Shown here: in pieces, positions 1-10,456 of the stretch | How positions within the stretch are numbered: position 1 is the first letter of the stretch | Layout: every line of letters begins with the position of its first letter | Assembly: GCA_963715335.1 (NCBI GenBank) | Contig: CAVQRZ010000023.1 | Span: forward strand, 96,001-160,000 | DNA from: an uncultured delta proteobacterium | GTDB taxonomy: Bacteria; Desulfobacterota; Desulfuromonadia; Desulfuromonadales; BM103 | Length of the DNA stretch: 64,000 nt | Direction of reading: 5' to 3' | Made by a program: the position numbers and the translations under genes | Notes under the pieces: model-generated | Seen by the model: only the letters and a program-made list of their open reading frames with translations | What the model was told of the DNA's origin: nothing | Database searches by the model: none

Positions 1-875
1 TCGCCACGGTGGCCGACGGCGTCGCTGAGATCATCAGGATGCACGGTGAGCGGATGCCCGTGATTACCGGCCCGTACCAGCGCCCGTCGCCAGATCCGTG
101 AGCGAACCAGCTGCCCGAACGCCGGGTGAAAGGGGCCGGCCAGCAGGTTTCTCTGCAGGGCGCTGTCCTGCTGCAGACCAAGCCGTATAACCGGTATATC
201 ACGCTGGCGACAGAGCAGCATCATGTCTGCGCAGAGCTCGACGGTTTGGTCCAGCGACCACGGCTGGTAGCCCCCGGCATGCCAGAGCTCCGCCAACGCA
301 GTGTCTGCGATCACAACCGTCGGATAGATTCTCAAAAAATCGGGTTTGAGTTCCAGGGCCTGGTGCAATGAACTCATGGCCTCCTCAACGCTGCCACCAG
401 GCAACCCGGGCATCAATTGGACGCCGACGTTGAAACCGGCCGCCCGACAGCGCCGCACCGCAGCAATACTCTCGGCAGCGCCATGACCGCGCCCCGCCTG
501 CATAAGCACGCTGTCGGAGAAGCTCTGGCAGCCGATTTCGATCGTCCGCACACCGCCTTTCTGCAATCGCTCGAGACACGCTTCGTCGAGAGCGTCCGGT
601 CGGGTCGAGATACGGATACCGGCCGCCCTGCCGGTCGCTATGAACTGACTAGCAGCAGCCAGGTAGAGCTGCTGCTGGCGTAGCGGCAGGAGAGAGAAGG
701 TGCCGCCGTAAAAGGCGATTTCACCGTTGCCGTGGTCCGGCAACATGTCGTCCAGCCGGCTGACAACCGCAGCAGCATCAGGGACATCGACCTGGCTGAC
801 AGACCTGTCCTGGGCACAGAAGAGGCAGCGGTGCGGACACCCTGCATGGGGGATAAAAACCGGATATATTTTCAC
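1..875 (-). CDS. Radical SAM protein, Elp3/YhcC-like (3' end outside window)
   Basis: Not in the ORF track. Reverse strand reads GTG AAA ATA TAT CCG... = MKIYPVFIPHAGCPHRCLFCAQ (CxxxCxxC), then AFYGGTF and IRISTRPD. Start overlaps the rnc stop (GTGA). Confidence 0.85.
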   Translation of the reverse strand, partial: MKIYPVFIPHAGCPHRCLFCAQDRSVSQVDVPDAAAVVSRLDDMLPDHGNGEIAFYGGTFSLLPLRQQQLYLAAASQFIATGRAAGIRISTRPDALDEACLERLQKGGVRTIEIGCQSFSDSVLMQAGRGHGAAESIAAVRRCRAAGFNVGVQLMPGLPGGSVEEAMSSLHQALELKPDFLRIYPTVVIADTALAELWHAGGYQPWSLDQTVELCADMMLLCRQRDIPVIRLGLQQDSALQRNLLAGPFHPAFGQLVRSRIWRRALVRAGNHGHPLTVHPDDLSDAVGHRG

Positions 876-1588
876 GAGTCTTTGTCCAGGAGCATCAACG
901 CCGCGGCTGCGGCCGCCTGTTCGGCGCTTTTTTTCGTCCGGCCCTTGGCCGTGCCATATGCACGCTCGCCGATCAACACCTCGACCTGGTAAACACGTTC
1001 ATGGGGTGGGCCGGACTCGTCTAACATTCTGTAGACAGGGAGTTCCTTGCGGGTTGCCTGCAGCAGCTCCTGCAAACGGCTTTTATGGTCCTGCCCGGCT
1101 TCGGCAGAGGCCTGTTTCAGCAACGGGACAAACAGCGGCAGGACAACCGATTTGGCGGCTTCATAGCCACCATCAACAAAAACCGCACCGAACAAGGCCT
1201 CCAGGGTGTCTGCAAGCAGACTCGGCTTTTCCCGGCCACCGCTGCCGGATTCACCTTTGCCCAGCAACAGCTTACGACCGATCCCGAGCGAGCCAGCCAA
1301 CCCGGCAAGGCTTGGCATGGCAACAACCTCTGCCCTGATCCGGGTCAGTTCTCCTTCATCAGCAGCTGGCAGCGCATCCATCAGGTACTCGCTGACGACC
1401 AGGTCCAGCACCGCGTCGCCGAGGAACTCTATCCGCTGGTTATCCGGGCCTGCGGCTTCAGGATACTCGTTGGCATAAGACTTGTGGGTCAAAGCATTGA
1501 CCAGCAGCGACTTGTCCCGAAAAGAATATCCCAGGGTCTTTTCCAGCTTCTGCCGGTCATCGTCATCCAGGCTGACAGGTGATTTCAT
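872..1588 (-). CDS. rnc: Ribonuclease III
   Basis: ALTHKS, NQRIEFLGDAVL signature, ADTLEALFGAVFVD, C-terminal dsRBD (KSRLQE...KKSAEQAAA). Confidence 0.97.
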   Translation of the reverse strand: MKSPVSLDDDDRQKLEKTLGYSFRDKSLLVNALTHKSYANEYPEAAGPDNQRIEFLGDAVLDLVVSEYLMDALPAADEGELTRIRAEVVAMPSLAGLAGSLGIGRKLLLGKGESGSGGREKPSLLADTLEALFGAVFVDGGYEAAKSVVLPLFVPLLKQASAEAGQDHKSRLQELLQATRKELPVYRMLDESGPPHERVYQVEVLIGERAYGTAKGRTKKSAEQAAAAAALMLLDKDS

Positions 1589-1778
1589 GAACAGATGTTT
1601 TCTCGACGGCTGAGGAATTACCTTGCCACACAGCTTAAACTACGATGTTCAAAGTCAGTCATATTACACCAACTCACCATATATATCAATTGCACCAAAC
1701 CACAAATTCATTATAGTATGGCGATTCATTTCAAGCGTGTGAATACACCATCCACCAGACGATCCAAGATACTGTTTT

Positions 1779-2426
1779 ATGTCATTTTTTATTACTTTGG
1801 AAGGGATTGAGGGGAGCGGCAAAACAACCCAGTTGCTGCGCCTTCAGGAACACCTCCGGACGTTGGGGCACCAGGTCGCCGTAACCCGTGAACCGGGAGG
1901 TTGCAGAATATCCGATGCCATCCGCACCCTGCTGCTGCACCCGGGGAATCACTCGATAGCGCCGCACACGGAACTGCTGCTCTACAGCGCGGCAAGGGCT
2001 CAACACGTTGCTGAGTTCATTATCCCGGCCCTGGGACAGGGCAAGATTGTCCTCTGTGACCGCTTCGCCGATGCGACAACTGTTTACCAGGGTGCAGGAC
2101 GCGGATTGGACATGGCCCAGCTCGAAACCATCAACCGGTTTGCCAGCAAAGGGCTGATCCCTGACTTGACACTCTTGCTCGACTACCCGGTCGAGGATGG
2201 TTTGCCTCGAGCGAGAGCGCGTAACCACAGGGACAATCTCGAAGCGGAGGGTCGTTTCGAGTTGGAACCTCTCGATTTTCACCAGCGAATTCGCCAGGGC
2301 TACCTCGACCTGGCGGCCCGCGAGAAACGGTTCCGGGTAATCGATGCACAGGGTGATGAGGATGCCGTTGCTAAGCGCATGATCACCGTGGTTGACCTCT
2401 TCCTGGCCGGCAGGAGATCGGCATGA
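1779..2426 (+). CDS. tmk: Thymidylate kinase
   Basis: FITLEGIEGSGKTTQ P-loop, TREPGG, LCDRF, YQG. Confidence 0.97.
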   Translation: MSFFITLEGIEGSGKTTQLLRLQEHLRTLGHQVAVTREPGGCRISDAIRTLLLHPGNHSIAPHTELLLYSAARAQHVAEFIIPALGQGKIVLCDRFADATTVYQGAGRGLDMAQLETINRFASKGLIPDLTLLLDYPVEDGLPRARARNHRDNLEAEGRFELEPLDFHQRIRQGYLDLAAREKRFRVIDAQGDEDAVAKRMITVVDLFLAGRRSA

Positions 2427-3391
2427 CCTTCGACCAGATCCTCGGCCATGACCGACAAAAGGAGATCCTGAGCCGGGCCCTGGAAAACGGCAGGCTTGCT
2501 CACGCCTACCTGTTCTCGGGTCCGGATGGCATCGGCAAGCGGCTTATGGCTCTCGCCCTCGCACGGGCTGTCGTCTGTCACGAGCAGCGCGGTTGCGGCA
2601 ATTGCCAGGCCTGCCGGAAAATAGACCATCAGAACCATCCCGATCTGCACGTCCTCGAACCGGACGGCAGTTCGATCAAGATCGAACAGGTCAGGGCCTT
2701 TCAGAAAGACCTCAACCTCAAACCTCTCGAGGCATCCCACAAGATATGCCTGATTGAAGAGGCCGACAGCATGACGGTCGGTGCTGCCAATGCCCTGCTC
2801 AAGACCCTTGAAGAACCACGCGGCGATACGCTGCTGATTTTGCTGACAGCCCACCCGAACCGACTGCTCGAAACGATTCGCTCCCGCTGCCAGCTTTTGC
2901 CGTTCACACGGCACCCGAACAGCAGGATTCAGGCGCAGCTCGAGAAACAGCTCAACATCGATCCGACGGAATCTCACATTCTGGCTGCGCTTTCCGAAGG
3001 CAGCTTCAAAAAAGCCTTCGGCAAAGACCGCCAGCTCTACCTGGAGGAACGCCGGAAACTGCTAAAAACCTTGACGGGGCTAACCACAGGCAGTATCTTG
3101 CCAATTCTGGATTTTGCCGAGCAGATCGCTGCCGACAAATCCGTTCTGCCCGATATTTTGGAAATTTTCCAGGCTTTTTACCGGGATGTTATGATGATGC
3201 TTCAGGGCCGCGGGGATGATGATCTCGTTAACCTCGACCTGAAGGAAAAAATCCGCAGGGTTGCCAACCGTGAGAACCTAACGTCAATTCTCGCCAAGCT
3301 TGACGCCCTGATCGAAGTCCGCCGCCAGCTCGACCGCAACGTCAACCGGCAATTGGCCATGGAAGTGCTGCTGTTGAAACTGGCGAACTGA
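2423..3391 (+). CDS. holB: DNA polymerase III delta' subunit
   Basis: AHAYLFSGPDGIGK, Zn-binding CGNCQAC, HPDL, ANALLKTLEEP, TIRSRC; follows tmk with ATGA overlap. Confidence 0.95.
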   Translation: MTFDQILGHDRQKEILSRALENGRLAHAYLFSGPDGIGKRLMALALARAVVCHEQRGCGNCQACRKIDHQNHPDLHVLEPDGSSIKIEQVRAFQKDLNLKPLEASHKICLIEEADSMTVGAANALLKTLEEPRGDTLLILLTAHPNRLLETIRSRCQLLPFTRHPNSRIQAQLEKQLNIDPTESHILAALSEGSFKKAFGKDRQLYLEERRKLLKTLTGLTTGSILPILDFAEQIAADKSVLPDILEIFQAFYRDVMMMLQGRGDDDLVNLDLKEKIRRVANRENLTSILAKLDALIEVRRQLDRNVNRQLAMEVLLLKLAN

Positions 3392-3441
3392 GCTGATCGC
3401 CAGGTACAGGATTTGCTCCCCCTACTTAAAAAAATGACCTT

Positions 3442-4509
3442 ATGATACGCATTGTCCCATTAAAATTTCAGCAGGCCGGTCGCCAGTACAATTTCAACGC
3501 CACAACACTTGAACTCAAGGCGGGCGACAAAGTGATCGTCGAAACCGATCGCGGTCGCGCCATGGCGAGCGTTGTCGTTGTGCCTCGGGAGATAGAAGAC
3601 AACAAAGCCCCGGAAGGCCTGAAAAGCATCCTTCGCATGGCCACGGAAGAGGACTTGGCACTGGCAGAAACCAATGCGGCCAGGGAAATGGACGCCTACA
3701 AATACTGCCAGGAACGGATCAAGTCCCGCCAACTGGATATGAAGTTGGTACGTGCCGAATACGCCTTCGACGGCTCGAAAATCATCTTCTTCTTTACCGC
3801 CGATGGCCGTATCGACTTCCGCGAACTCGTCAAAGACCTCGCTCATCATTTCCACACCAGGATTGAAATGCGTCAGATCGGTGTCCGTGATGAAGCCAAA
3901 CTGGTTGGCGGCCTCGGCATCTGCGGTCGGGAGCTTTGCTGCAGTAGTTTTCTCACCCAGTTCAACCCGGTTTCGGTCAAGATGGCCAAGGAGCAGGGGC
4001 TGGCCCTCAACCCGACCAAAATATCCGGCCAGTGTGGGCGTCTGCTCTGCTGTCTCGGCTACGAGTTCGAGACCTACTGTGCGCTTAAAAAAGGCATGCC
4101 GAAATGTGGCAAGAAGGTCTCCTGGCAGAATCGCGAATGTGAAGTCACATCCGTCGACATCCTGCGCCAGCAGATCAGCCTGCGAGACCAGGAGGGCAAT
4201 AGCTACCGCATAACCTTGAAAGAATTGCAGAGCGGACAGGCCGAGCAACCGGCGGCCCAGGAGCAAACCACCCCTGAGACCCATGCCAGTCGCCTGAGCA
4301 AACGCAGGCATGAGCCCCGCAAGCAATCGGGCAGAGGCCAGGGCTCTGCCGAGAAAACCGGCGAGCAGCCGAAACAACCTGAGGAAGAAAAGAACCAGCC
4401 TGAGCAACGGGCTGCGGGTGAGGACAGGAGCCAGAAGAAGCCTCGTCGGCGCGGCAGGCGCAGACCCCGTGGCGGCCGCAAACCGGGCCCGGGCAAGCAG
4501 GGAGAATAA
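3442..4509 (+). CDS. PSP1/YaaT (RicT) family protein with basic low-complexity tail
   Basis: RIDFRELVKDLA, RIEMRQIGVRDEAK, CGRELCC, KISGQCGRLLCCL; conserved tmk-holB-yaaT-metG synteny. Confidence 0.92.
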   Translation: MIRIVPLKFQQAGRQYNFNATTLELKAGDKVIVETDRGRAMASVVVVPREIEDNKAPEGLKSILRMATEEDLALAETNAAREMDAYKYCQERIKSRQLDMKLVRAEYAFDGSKIIFFFTADGRIDFRELVKDLAHHFHTRIEMRQIGVRDEAKLVGGLGICGRELCCSSFLTQFNPVSVKMAKEQGLALNPTKISGQCGRLLCCLGYEFETYCALKKGMPKCGKKVSWQNRECEVTSVDILRQQISLRDQEGNSYRITLKELQSGQAEQPAAQEQTTPETHASRLSKRRHEPRKQSGRGQGSAEKTGEQPKQPEEEKNQPEQRAAGEDRSQKKPRRRGRRRPRGGRKPGPGKQGE

Positions 4510-4514
4510 TACTC

Positions 4515-6050
4515 ATGTCGGATGCAAAGCCTTATTACCTGACGACTCCGATTTACTACGTTAACGATGTTCCGCATATCGGTCACGCCTACACGACACT
4601 GGCATGTGATGTCATGGCACGATATAAGCGCGCCCGCGGCTTTGAGGTCAGCTTCCTCACCGGCACCGACGAACATGGTCAGAAAGTGGAAAAAGCTGCC
4701 CATGCCAAGGGTGAAACCCCGCTGGAGTTGGCGGACCGGGTTGTCAAACGCTTTCAATCACTGTGGGAAAAGCTGAATATCTCGCACACCGACTTCATTC
4801 GCACATCACAGGAACGCCACAAGCTGGCGGTCCAGGAAATTTTCCGGACGATTGAAGCCAAGGGCGACATCTACCTCGGCGAATATGAAGACTGGTACTG
4901 CACTCCCTGCGAGACATTCTGGACCGAAACCCAGTTGCTTGACGGCAACTGCCCCGATTGCGGACGTCCGACCGACAAGCTCAAGGAGGAGTCCTACTTC
5001 TTTCGCATGAGCAAATACCAGGACCAGCTACTCGCTCATATCGATGCCAATCCTGATTTCATTCAACCAAAGTCACGGCGCAACGAGATCCTCAGTTTTG
5101 TTCGTGAGGGGCTGCGCGACCTTTCCATCTCACGGACAACTTTCTCTTGGGGGATCCCCGTACCGGACAATGAGAAACATGTCATCTACGTCTGGTTTGA
5201 CGCCCTGACCAACTACATCAGCGCTCTTGGCTACCCGAATCGGGACGGTGATTTCAGTAAATTCTGGCCTTGCGACGTTCACGTTATCGGCAAGGACATC
5301 CTGCGTTTCCATACCGTCTACTGGCCGACCTTCCTGATGGCTGCCGGGATCCCGCTGCCGCAAAAGGTCTTTGCCCACGGCTGGTGGACAGTTGAGGGCC
5401 AGAAAATGAGTAAAAGCCTGGCCAACGTCGTCGAACCGAACATGCTGATCGACAAGTACGGCGTCGATGCGATCCGTTACTTCCTGCTGCGTGAAGTTCC
5501 CTTCGGGCTCGACGGCGACTTCTCCCACAACGCACTGGTCCACCGCATCAACTCGGACCTTGCCAATGACCTTGGCAACTTGGTCAGCCGCTCCACGGCA
5601 ATGCTCAACAAGTACTTTAAAGGAATCCTGCCAAGCCCCTTAAAAGGTGATGCTATTGACGACATACTTAAAGACAAGTTTGTCAAGCAAACCGGCGTTG
5701 TCGACGAGCAGATGGAGGCTCTCGCCTTTAACAAGGCCCTGCAGTCGATCTGGGAGTTGGTCAGCGCCGCCAACAAGTATATCGATGACTCGGCACCCTG
5801 GACTCTGGCCAAGGACGAGACGCAGCGCGAACGCCTTGGCACCGTCATGTACAACCTGCTCGAAGCCGTACGCCTGATCGGCTTGCTGGTCACCCCTTTC
5901 ATGCCTGACACCGGCATCAACATTTGCAACATCCTTGGGATTGACTCCGCAGACCGGCAACTCGATGAACACGACAGCTGGGGGCTTCTGCAGCCAGGCA
6001 GTTCAATCGAAAAGGCGGCCCCGCTCTTCCCCAGGATTGAGACGGAATAG
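4515..6050 (+). CDS. metG: Methionine--tRNA ligase (short form, no C-terminal dimerisation domain)
   Basis: YYLTTPIYYVND, HIGH, TGTDEHG, YVWFDAL, KMSKS. Confidence 0.98.
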   Translation: MSDAKPYYLTTPIYYVNDVPHIGHAYTTLACDVMARYKRARGFEVSFLTGTDEHGQKVEKAAHAKGETPLELADRVVKRFQSLWEKLNISHTDFIRTSQERHKLAVQEIFRTIEAKGDIYLGEYEDWYCTPCETFWTETQLLDGNCPDCGRPTDKLKEESYFFRMSKYQDQLLAHIDANPDFIQPKSRRNEILSFVREGLRDLSISRTTFSWGIPVPDNEKHVIYVWFDALTNYISALGYPNRDGDFSKFWPCDVHVIGKDILRFHTVYWPTFLMAAGIPLPQKVFAHGWWTVEGQKMSKSLANVVEPNMLIDKYGVDAIRYFLLREVPFGLDGDFSHNALVHRINSDLANDLGNLVSRSTAMLNKYFKGILPSPLKGDAIDDILKDKFVKQTGVVDEQMEALAFNKALQSIWELVSAANKYIDDSAPWTLAKDETQRERLGTVMYNLLEAVRLIGLLVTPFMPDTGINICNILGIDSADRQLDEHDSWGLLQPGSSIEKAAPLFPRIETE

Positions 6051-6141
6051 ACCGAAGTGCGAGGTTTGAAGCGAGAGTGTGAAGAAACTCTTTTGATAAT
6101 TTCTCGTCTCGCACCTCGCGCTTCACGCTTCTGATATTTAT

Positions 6142-7533
6142 ATGAATAATTTACAGTCAACCCTCGTCGACTCTCACGCCCATCTCGATTCAAAGCCCTA
6201 CGCAACCGACCTGGACGATGTCATAGTGCGCGCCAAAGAGAATGGTGTCGCATACATCCTGACGGTCGGCTGCGACCTCGAGAGTTCCCGTGCCAGTGTC
6301 GACCTGGCAATTCGTTACCCGAATGTCTACGCCAGCGTCGGCGTCCACCCGCATGATGCCGACCAGGTCAATGAACAGGTCATGGCAGAACTGGCTTGCA
6401 TGATCGAATCGGTAGACAAGATCGTTGCCGTTGGCGAAACAGGACTCGACTTCTACCGCGACCGCTCACCGCGCGACCAGCAGAAAGAGGCTTTTCGCCG
6501 TCACATACAGCTGGCCAAAGAGACTGGCAAACCACTGATCATCCACGACCGCGACGCACATGATGAGGTCGTACGGATTCTGCGGGACGAACACGCCGCA
6601 GAGACAGGTGGTGTCCTGCACTGTTTCTCCGGCAATCTGGAGATGGCCCGCAAATGCGTAGAGATGGGCTTTTACATTTCCTTCGCCGGCCCCCTGACCT
6701 ACCCGAAGAATGACGCTTTGCGCAGTATCGCGGCAGCGCTGCCGGTCGATGTCATGCTGGTGGAAACTGACTGCCCTTACCTGTCACCGCAGAGCTGGCG
6801 CGGCAAGCGCTGTGAACCGGCCTACGTCCGCACAACTGCCGAGAAACTGGCGGAAATCAAGGGACTGACCATCGAAGATGTGGCTCGCATCACCAGCCTC
6901 AATGCCTGGCGCCTGTTCGGTATCGGTGAGATCGATCAAAGCACCAGAATCGCGTACGTCATCCGCAACAGTCTCTATCTCAACATAACCAACCGGTGCA
7001 CCAACAGCTGCACCTTCTGTGCAAAGTTCAGGGATTTCACAGTCAAGGGGCACCAGCTCTGCCTGGAACGAGAACCGACCGTCGAGGAGGTCATGCAAGC
7101 GATCGGCGATCCATCCTCTTACGATGAGGTCGTCTTCTGCGGCTACGGCGAGCCCCTGCTTCGGCTGGACCTGGTCAAAGAGATTGCCAGCTACCTGAGG
7201 CAGAACAACATAACGGTCCGGATCAACACCGACGGCCAGGCCAACCTGGTGCATGGCCGAAACATCCTGCCGGAGCTCGCCGGCCTGGTCGATTCGATCA
7301 GTGTGTCGCTCAACGCTCCCGACGCAGAAAGCTACCAGAAGATCTGCAGATCAGAGTTCGGCGAAAAAGGCTATGCCGCCATCAAGGATTTCCTCGCAGA
7401 AGCGGTACGGCACATCCCTTCCGTCACTGCCACGGCTGTTACCCTGCCAGGAATAGATATAGATGCATGCCGTAAGGTCGCCAAACAACTTCAGGTGGAA
7501 TTTCGTGAAAGAGTTTACAACGAAGTAGGATGA
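6142..7533 (+). CDS. tatD: TatD-family hydrolase fused to a TatD-associated radical SAM domain
   Basis: N-terminal DSHAH, GVHPH, GETGLD, ETDCPYL; C-terminal YLNITNRCTNSCTFC and VFCGYGEP. Confidence 0.92.
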   Translation: MNNLQSTLVDSHAHLDSKPYATDLDDVIVRAKENGVAYILTVGCDLESSRASVDLAIRYPNVYASVGVHPHDADQVNEQVMAELACMIESVDKIVAVGETGLDFYRDRSPRDQQKEAFRRHIQLAKETGKPLIIHDRDAHDEVVRILRDEHAAETGGVLHCFSGNLEMARKCVEMGFYISFAGPLTYPKNDALRSIAAALPVDVMLVETDCPYLSPQSWRGKRCEPAYVRTTAEKLAEIKGLTIEDVARITSLNAWRLFGIGEIDQSTRIAYVIRNSLYLNITNRCTNSCTFCAKFRDFTVKGHQLCLEREPTVEEVMQAIGDPSSYDEVVFCGYGEPLLRLDLVKEIASYLRQNNITVRINTDGQANLVHGRNILPELAGLVDSISVSLNAPDAESYQKICRSEFGEKGYAAIKDFLAEAVRHIPSVTATAVTLPGIDIDACRKVAKQLQVEFRERVYNEVG

Positions 7534-7662
7534 GCTTGTCAGCTCCTGACTTTCAAACGGGGGCAGGTTTCACGTCTGACTCCGCTTGATATCCTGTCGG
7601 TTTTGCTTGCCATGACAACGGTTGCGGGACAACCCTGCGGCTCTCAAGCCGACCATCAAGAC

Positions 7663-9903
7663 TTACTCGACCTGCTCCGGCGTCACCAGGTCACCCAGGA
7701 ACAGACTGCCATTGTGGACAAAGAAGCAGTTCTGAAAGCCCGCCGCAAGTTCAGCCAGCCGTTCTGCATAGTTTTCCTCATCACCGGCATTCGGTGTCGC
7801 CAGGCCCAACAGGACGGTATCGGCATGAGCACTCTCCCGATGCATGATTTCCAACACGCTTTCATCTTCTGATTTGAGTGTGATTTCAACGTCCGCGTCG
7901 ATTCGTATCTCCGGAATCAACTGTGCCAGGAATCGCTCAGTCCGCCCTTTCATGAGTTCGTTTGAGGCAATACTCAAGATCCTGATCTTGGCCTGCCGCC
8001 ATTCCGGATTACGGGTCAACAGATATGCCAGAAGCAGCATCAGGTCGCCGTTACGTCTAAGACCACCCCACCAGACATGAATCTCCTGGCGCTGGTCTTC
8101 TCGAAACGACATCAGGGGGTTGGTTTTGCCGATAATCAGGCTTTTATTGATATGTTTCAGTGCTCGAATAACCCGCAGGAACCTGACCAGTCGCGACAGG
8201 TCATCCGGCCAGCCAACCAGAACCGTATTACTGGCCAAACCGGCAATTCCGTTCGACTGGGTGACGGCGAGAACACCGCGCTCCAGGTCCTGAACAATAT
8301 TGACTTCGCCGAAAGCAACGATCCCATGTGCTTTAAGTACGGCATTGATCTGTTGTTCTCGTGCGAAAACATCGACATTGAGCTCGATAAGGTCCCCTTG
8401 GTAAAGCTCGCAGATCGAGACCACTCCGCGATTCTCGGCAAACCAGGCACCGAAGCGCACCAGATCAAGACGCTTCTCCACATTGCTGACAAATACCAGC
8501 ATGTGTGGTCGCCAGTTGCGGGCGGTCATCGGACGATTATTCAGTTTGACCAGCGCCCAGCGGATCAGGGCCTCGTAAAGGTCGCGCCAGACATCGCCCC
8601 AGGAATCCTTGCGCACGCGTCTTTTCAGATAGAGCCAGATCGCGAGTTCGACGGTCATGGCAAAAATGGTTGCTGGCCAATGGATCAGCAACATTACACC
8701 GAAACAGCCGAACCCCCCGAGCAGGCTCAAGGTCCAGTGGATATTCAAGGTGGGCCGCCAGGATGGGTTGCCGGAAAGATATTCCAGGGCGGAGACGAGG
8801 TTGACTGTGCCGTAAACGCTCAGGAAAAACATCGTCGCTACAGTGGCGACAGTATTCAGATCGCCGAGAAAAACTGCGGCCAGGCTGATTACCAGAGTGA
8901 CGATCATGCCCAATTTAGGTTCTTCTCCAGGCCCTGAAGACCCGGCGAGCCGGTGTGGCACAAGTCTGTCAAGAGCAAGGGCCTGAAGGGTCCGTGGAGC
9001 GGCGAGCATCGAGCCGACAGCAGAGGAAAAGATCGCACCCCATAGCCCCGGCAGAACCAGCCATGGCCCGAACAGGGCAATCCGGGTCCAGATCATCGGG
9101 TCGCTGTTGAGACTGCTTGAATCGGCGCTGAGATAGAGCAAGACCGGAATCGCCAGGTACACCACAAGGCCAACCAAGGTTGCTGCGACACTGCCACGCG
9201 GGATCGAGTGGCGCGGGTCGGCAAGGTCTCCTGACATACTCAACCCGGCCATAATGCCGGTGACGGCGGGGAAAAAGACGGCGAAGACAATCCAGAATCC
9301 GGCTGGGGTAAAAGTACCGGGAACTTCGGCCGAAGCCTGGATGCCCGGCCCGGTGAATACCCCGGAAGCAAGTGCCAGTAAAGACAGGGCAATCAATACC
9401 ATGACCGGAAGTTGAGCGCGCAAAGCAAAGGTGGCCCCACGGAACGACAGAATCGCGACCGCGAGGATAATGGCACACGCCGCAATCGACACAGGGATGG
9501 CCGGCCAGACAAATTTCAGTGATTCTGCAAGACCGAAGGCATAAAGAGTTACAGACAGTGCCTGGGAGACGTATAGCGGGAAACCGATAGCGCCGCCGAT
9601 TTCCAGTCCGAGGCTGCGGGAGATCATGTAATAGGCCCCGCCGACGCCAACGTGGCTATTCGTGGCAATGGCAGAGAGGCTTAAAGCTGTAAGCAAAGTA
9701 ATCAGGTTGGCAAGCAGGACGATCAGAATGGTTTTGAAAAGTCCGACCTGGCCGACCACCCACCCAAAGCGTAGGTACATGATGACACCGAGAATCGTCA
9801 GGATGGTCGGTGTGAATACACCGAGAAAGGTCCCGAGTTTTCCGGATGATGAAGCACTCCTCCCGAACATGCTCAGTCTATTTTGCGATTTGGTGGATGG
9901 CAT
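7663..9903 (-). CDS. Amino acid permease / SLC12A (cation-chloride cotransporter-like) membrane protein
   Basis: GTFLGVFTPTILTILGVIMYLR, GGAYYMISRSLG, FFPAVTGIMAG, NWRPH, and WW in the cytoplasmic domain. Confidence 0.88.
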   Translation of the reverse strand: MPSTKSQNRLSMFGRSASSSGKLGTFLGVFTPTILTILGVIMYLRFGWVVGQVGLFKTILIVLLANLITLLTALSLSAIATNSHVGVGGAYYMISRSLGLEIGGAIGFPLYVSQALSVTLYAFGLAESLKFVWPAIPVSIAACAIILAVAILSFRGATFALRAQLPVMVLIALSLLALASGVFTGPGIQASAEVPGTFTPAGFWIVFAVFFPAVTGIMAGLSMSGDLADPRHSIPRGSVAATLVGLVVYLAIPVLLYLSADSSSLNSDPMIWTRIALFGPWLVLPGLWGAIFSSAVGSMLAAPRTLQALALDRLVPHRLAGSSGPGEEPKLGMIVTLVISLAAVFLGDLNTVATVATMFFLSVYGTVNLVSALEYLSGNPSWRPTLNIHWTLSLLGGFGCFGVMLLIHWPATIFAMTVELAIWLYLKRRVRKDSWGDVWRDLYEALIRWALVKLNNRPMTARNWRPHMLVFVSNVEKRLDLVRFGAWFAENRGVVSICELYQGDLIELNVDVFAREQQINAVLKAHGIVAFGEVNIVQDLERGVLAVTQSNGIAGLASNTVLVGWPDDLSRLVRFLRVIRALKHINKSLIIGKTNPLMSFREDQRQEIHVWWGGLRRNGDLMLLLAYLLTRNPEWRQAKIRILSIASNELMKGRTERFLAQLIPEIRIDADVEITLKSEDESVLEIMHRESAHADTVLLGLATPNAGDEENYAERLAELAAGFQNCFFVHNGSLFLGDLVTPEQVE

Positions 9904-9954
9904 TGACAGTCTCCGCTAACAGAAATTAACGAGAGGATACCTTGAATGCTGCAA

Positions 9955-9987
9955 AAACAAAAGGGCGGCCTTAATGGCCGCCCTTTC
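9955..9987 (-). terminator. Intrinsic terminator after the cold-shock gene
   Basis: AAAGGGCGGCC-TTAAT-GGCCGCCCTTT hairpin with an A-run on + (U-tail on -). Confidence 0.75.
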
Positions 9988-10010
9988 AAAACTGGTCGAT
10001 ATGCTATGTA

Positions 10011-10211
10011 TTAAAGCTTAACGACGTTCGATGCCTGGGGGCCTTTCTGGCCATCAGTAACATCGAAAGAGACTCGCTCGTTTTCGGCGAGAGTCTTGAA
10101 ACCATCGCCCTGGATCTGGGAAAAGTGAACGAATACGTCAGGACCGTTGTCCTGCTCGATGAACCCAAAACCCTTAGCTTCGTTGAACCATTTCACTGTG
10201 CCTTCAGCCAT
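10011..10211 (-). CDS. Cold-shock protein (CspA family)
   Basis: [15 protein letters not shown] and DVFVHF (RNP1/RNP2), 66 aa. Confidence 0.97.
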   Translation of the reverse strand: MAEGTVKWFNEAKGFGFIEQDNGPDVFVHFSQIQGDGFKTLAENERVSFDVTDGQKGPQASNVVKL

Positions 10212-10456
10212 CTTGAAACTCCTTCACTCCGGTTGGGAGGTGTTCTGTTGTGTATTTTCGTCTGCCGTAAATAATAAACCACTCAACGAAAGCTTGTCTG
10301 AGTGGTCTCTTCCAAACTGACTACCTTTAATCTGTCTGTTGAGCAACGAAATAGATACACAAACTTGTTATGATGCGCCCTTCTATCACAGTCAAATCAA
10401 AAAAAGCAAGTGTTTATTTATTTTTCATGAGGTTTTTCTTGCCTGGACTTCTGTTA

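Noticed and set aside
7534..7662. Possible riboswitch or sRNA between convergent tatD and permease genes
   Set aside because: Only weak pairing and no recognisable consensus; it is not in a 5' leader position.
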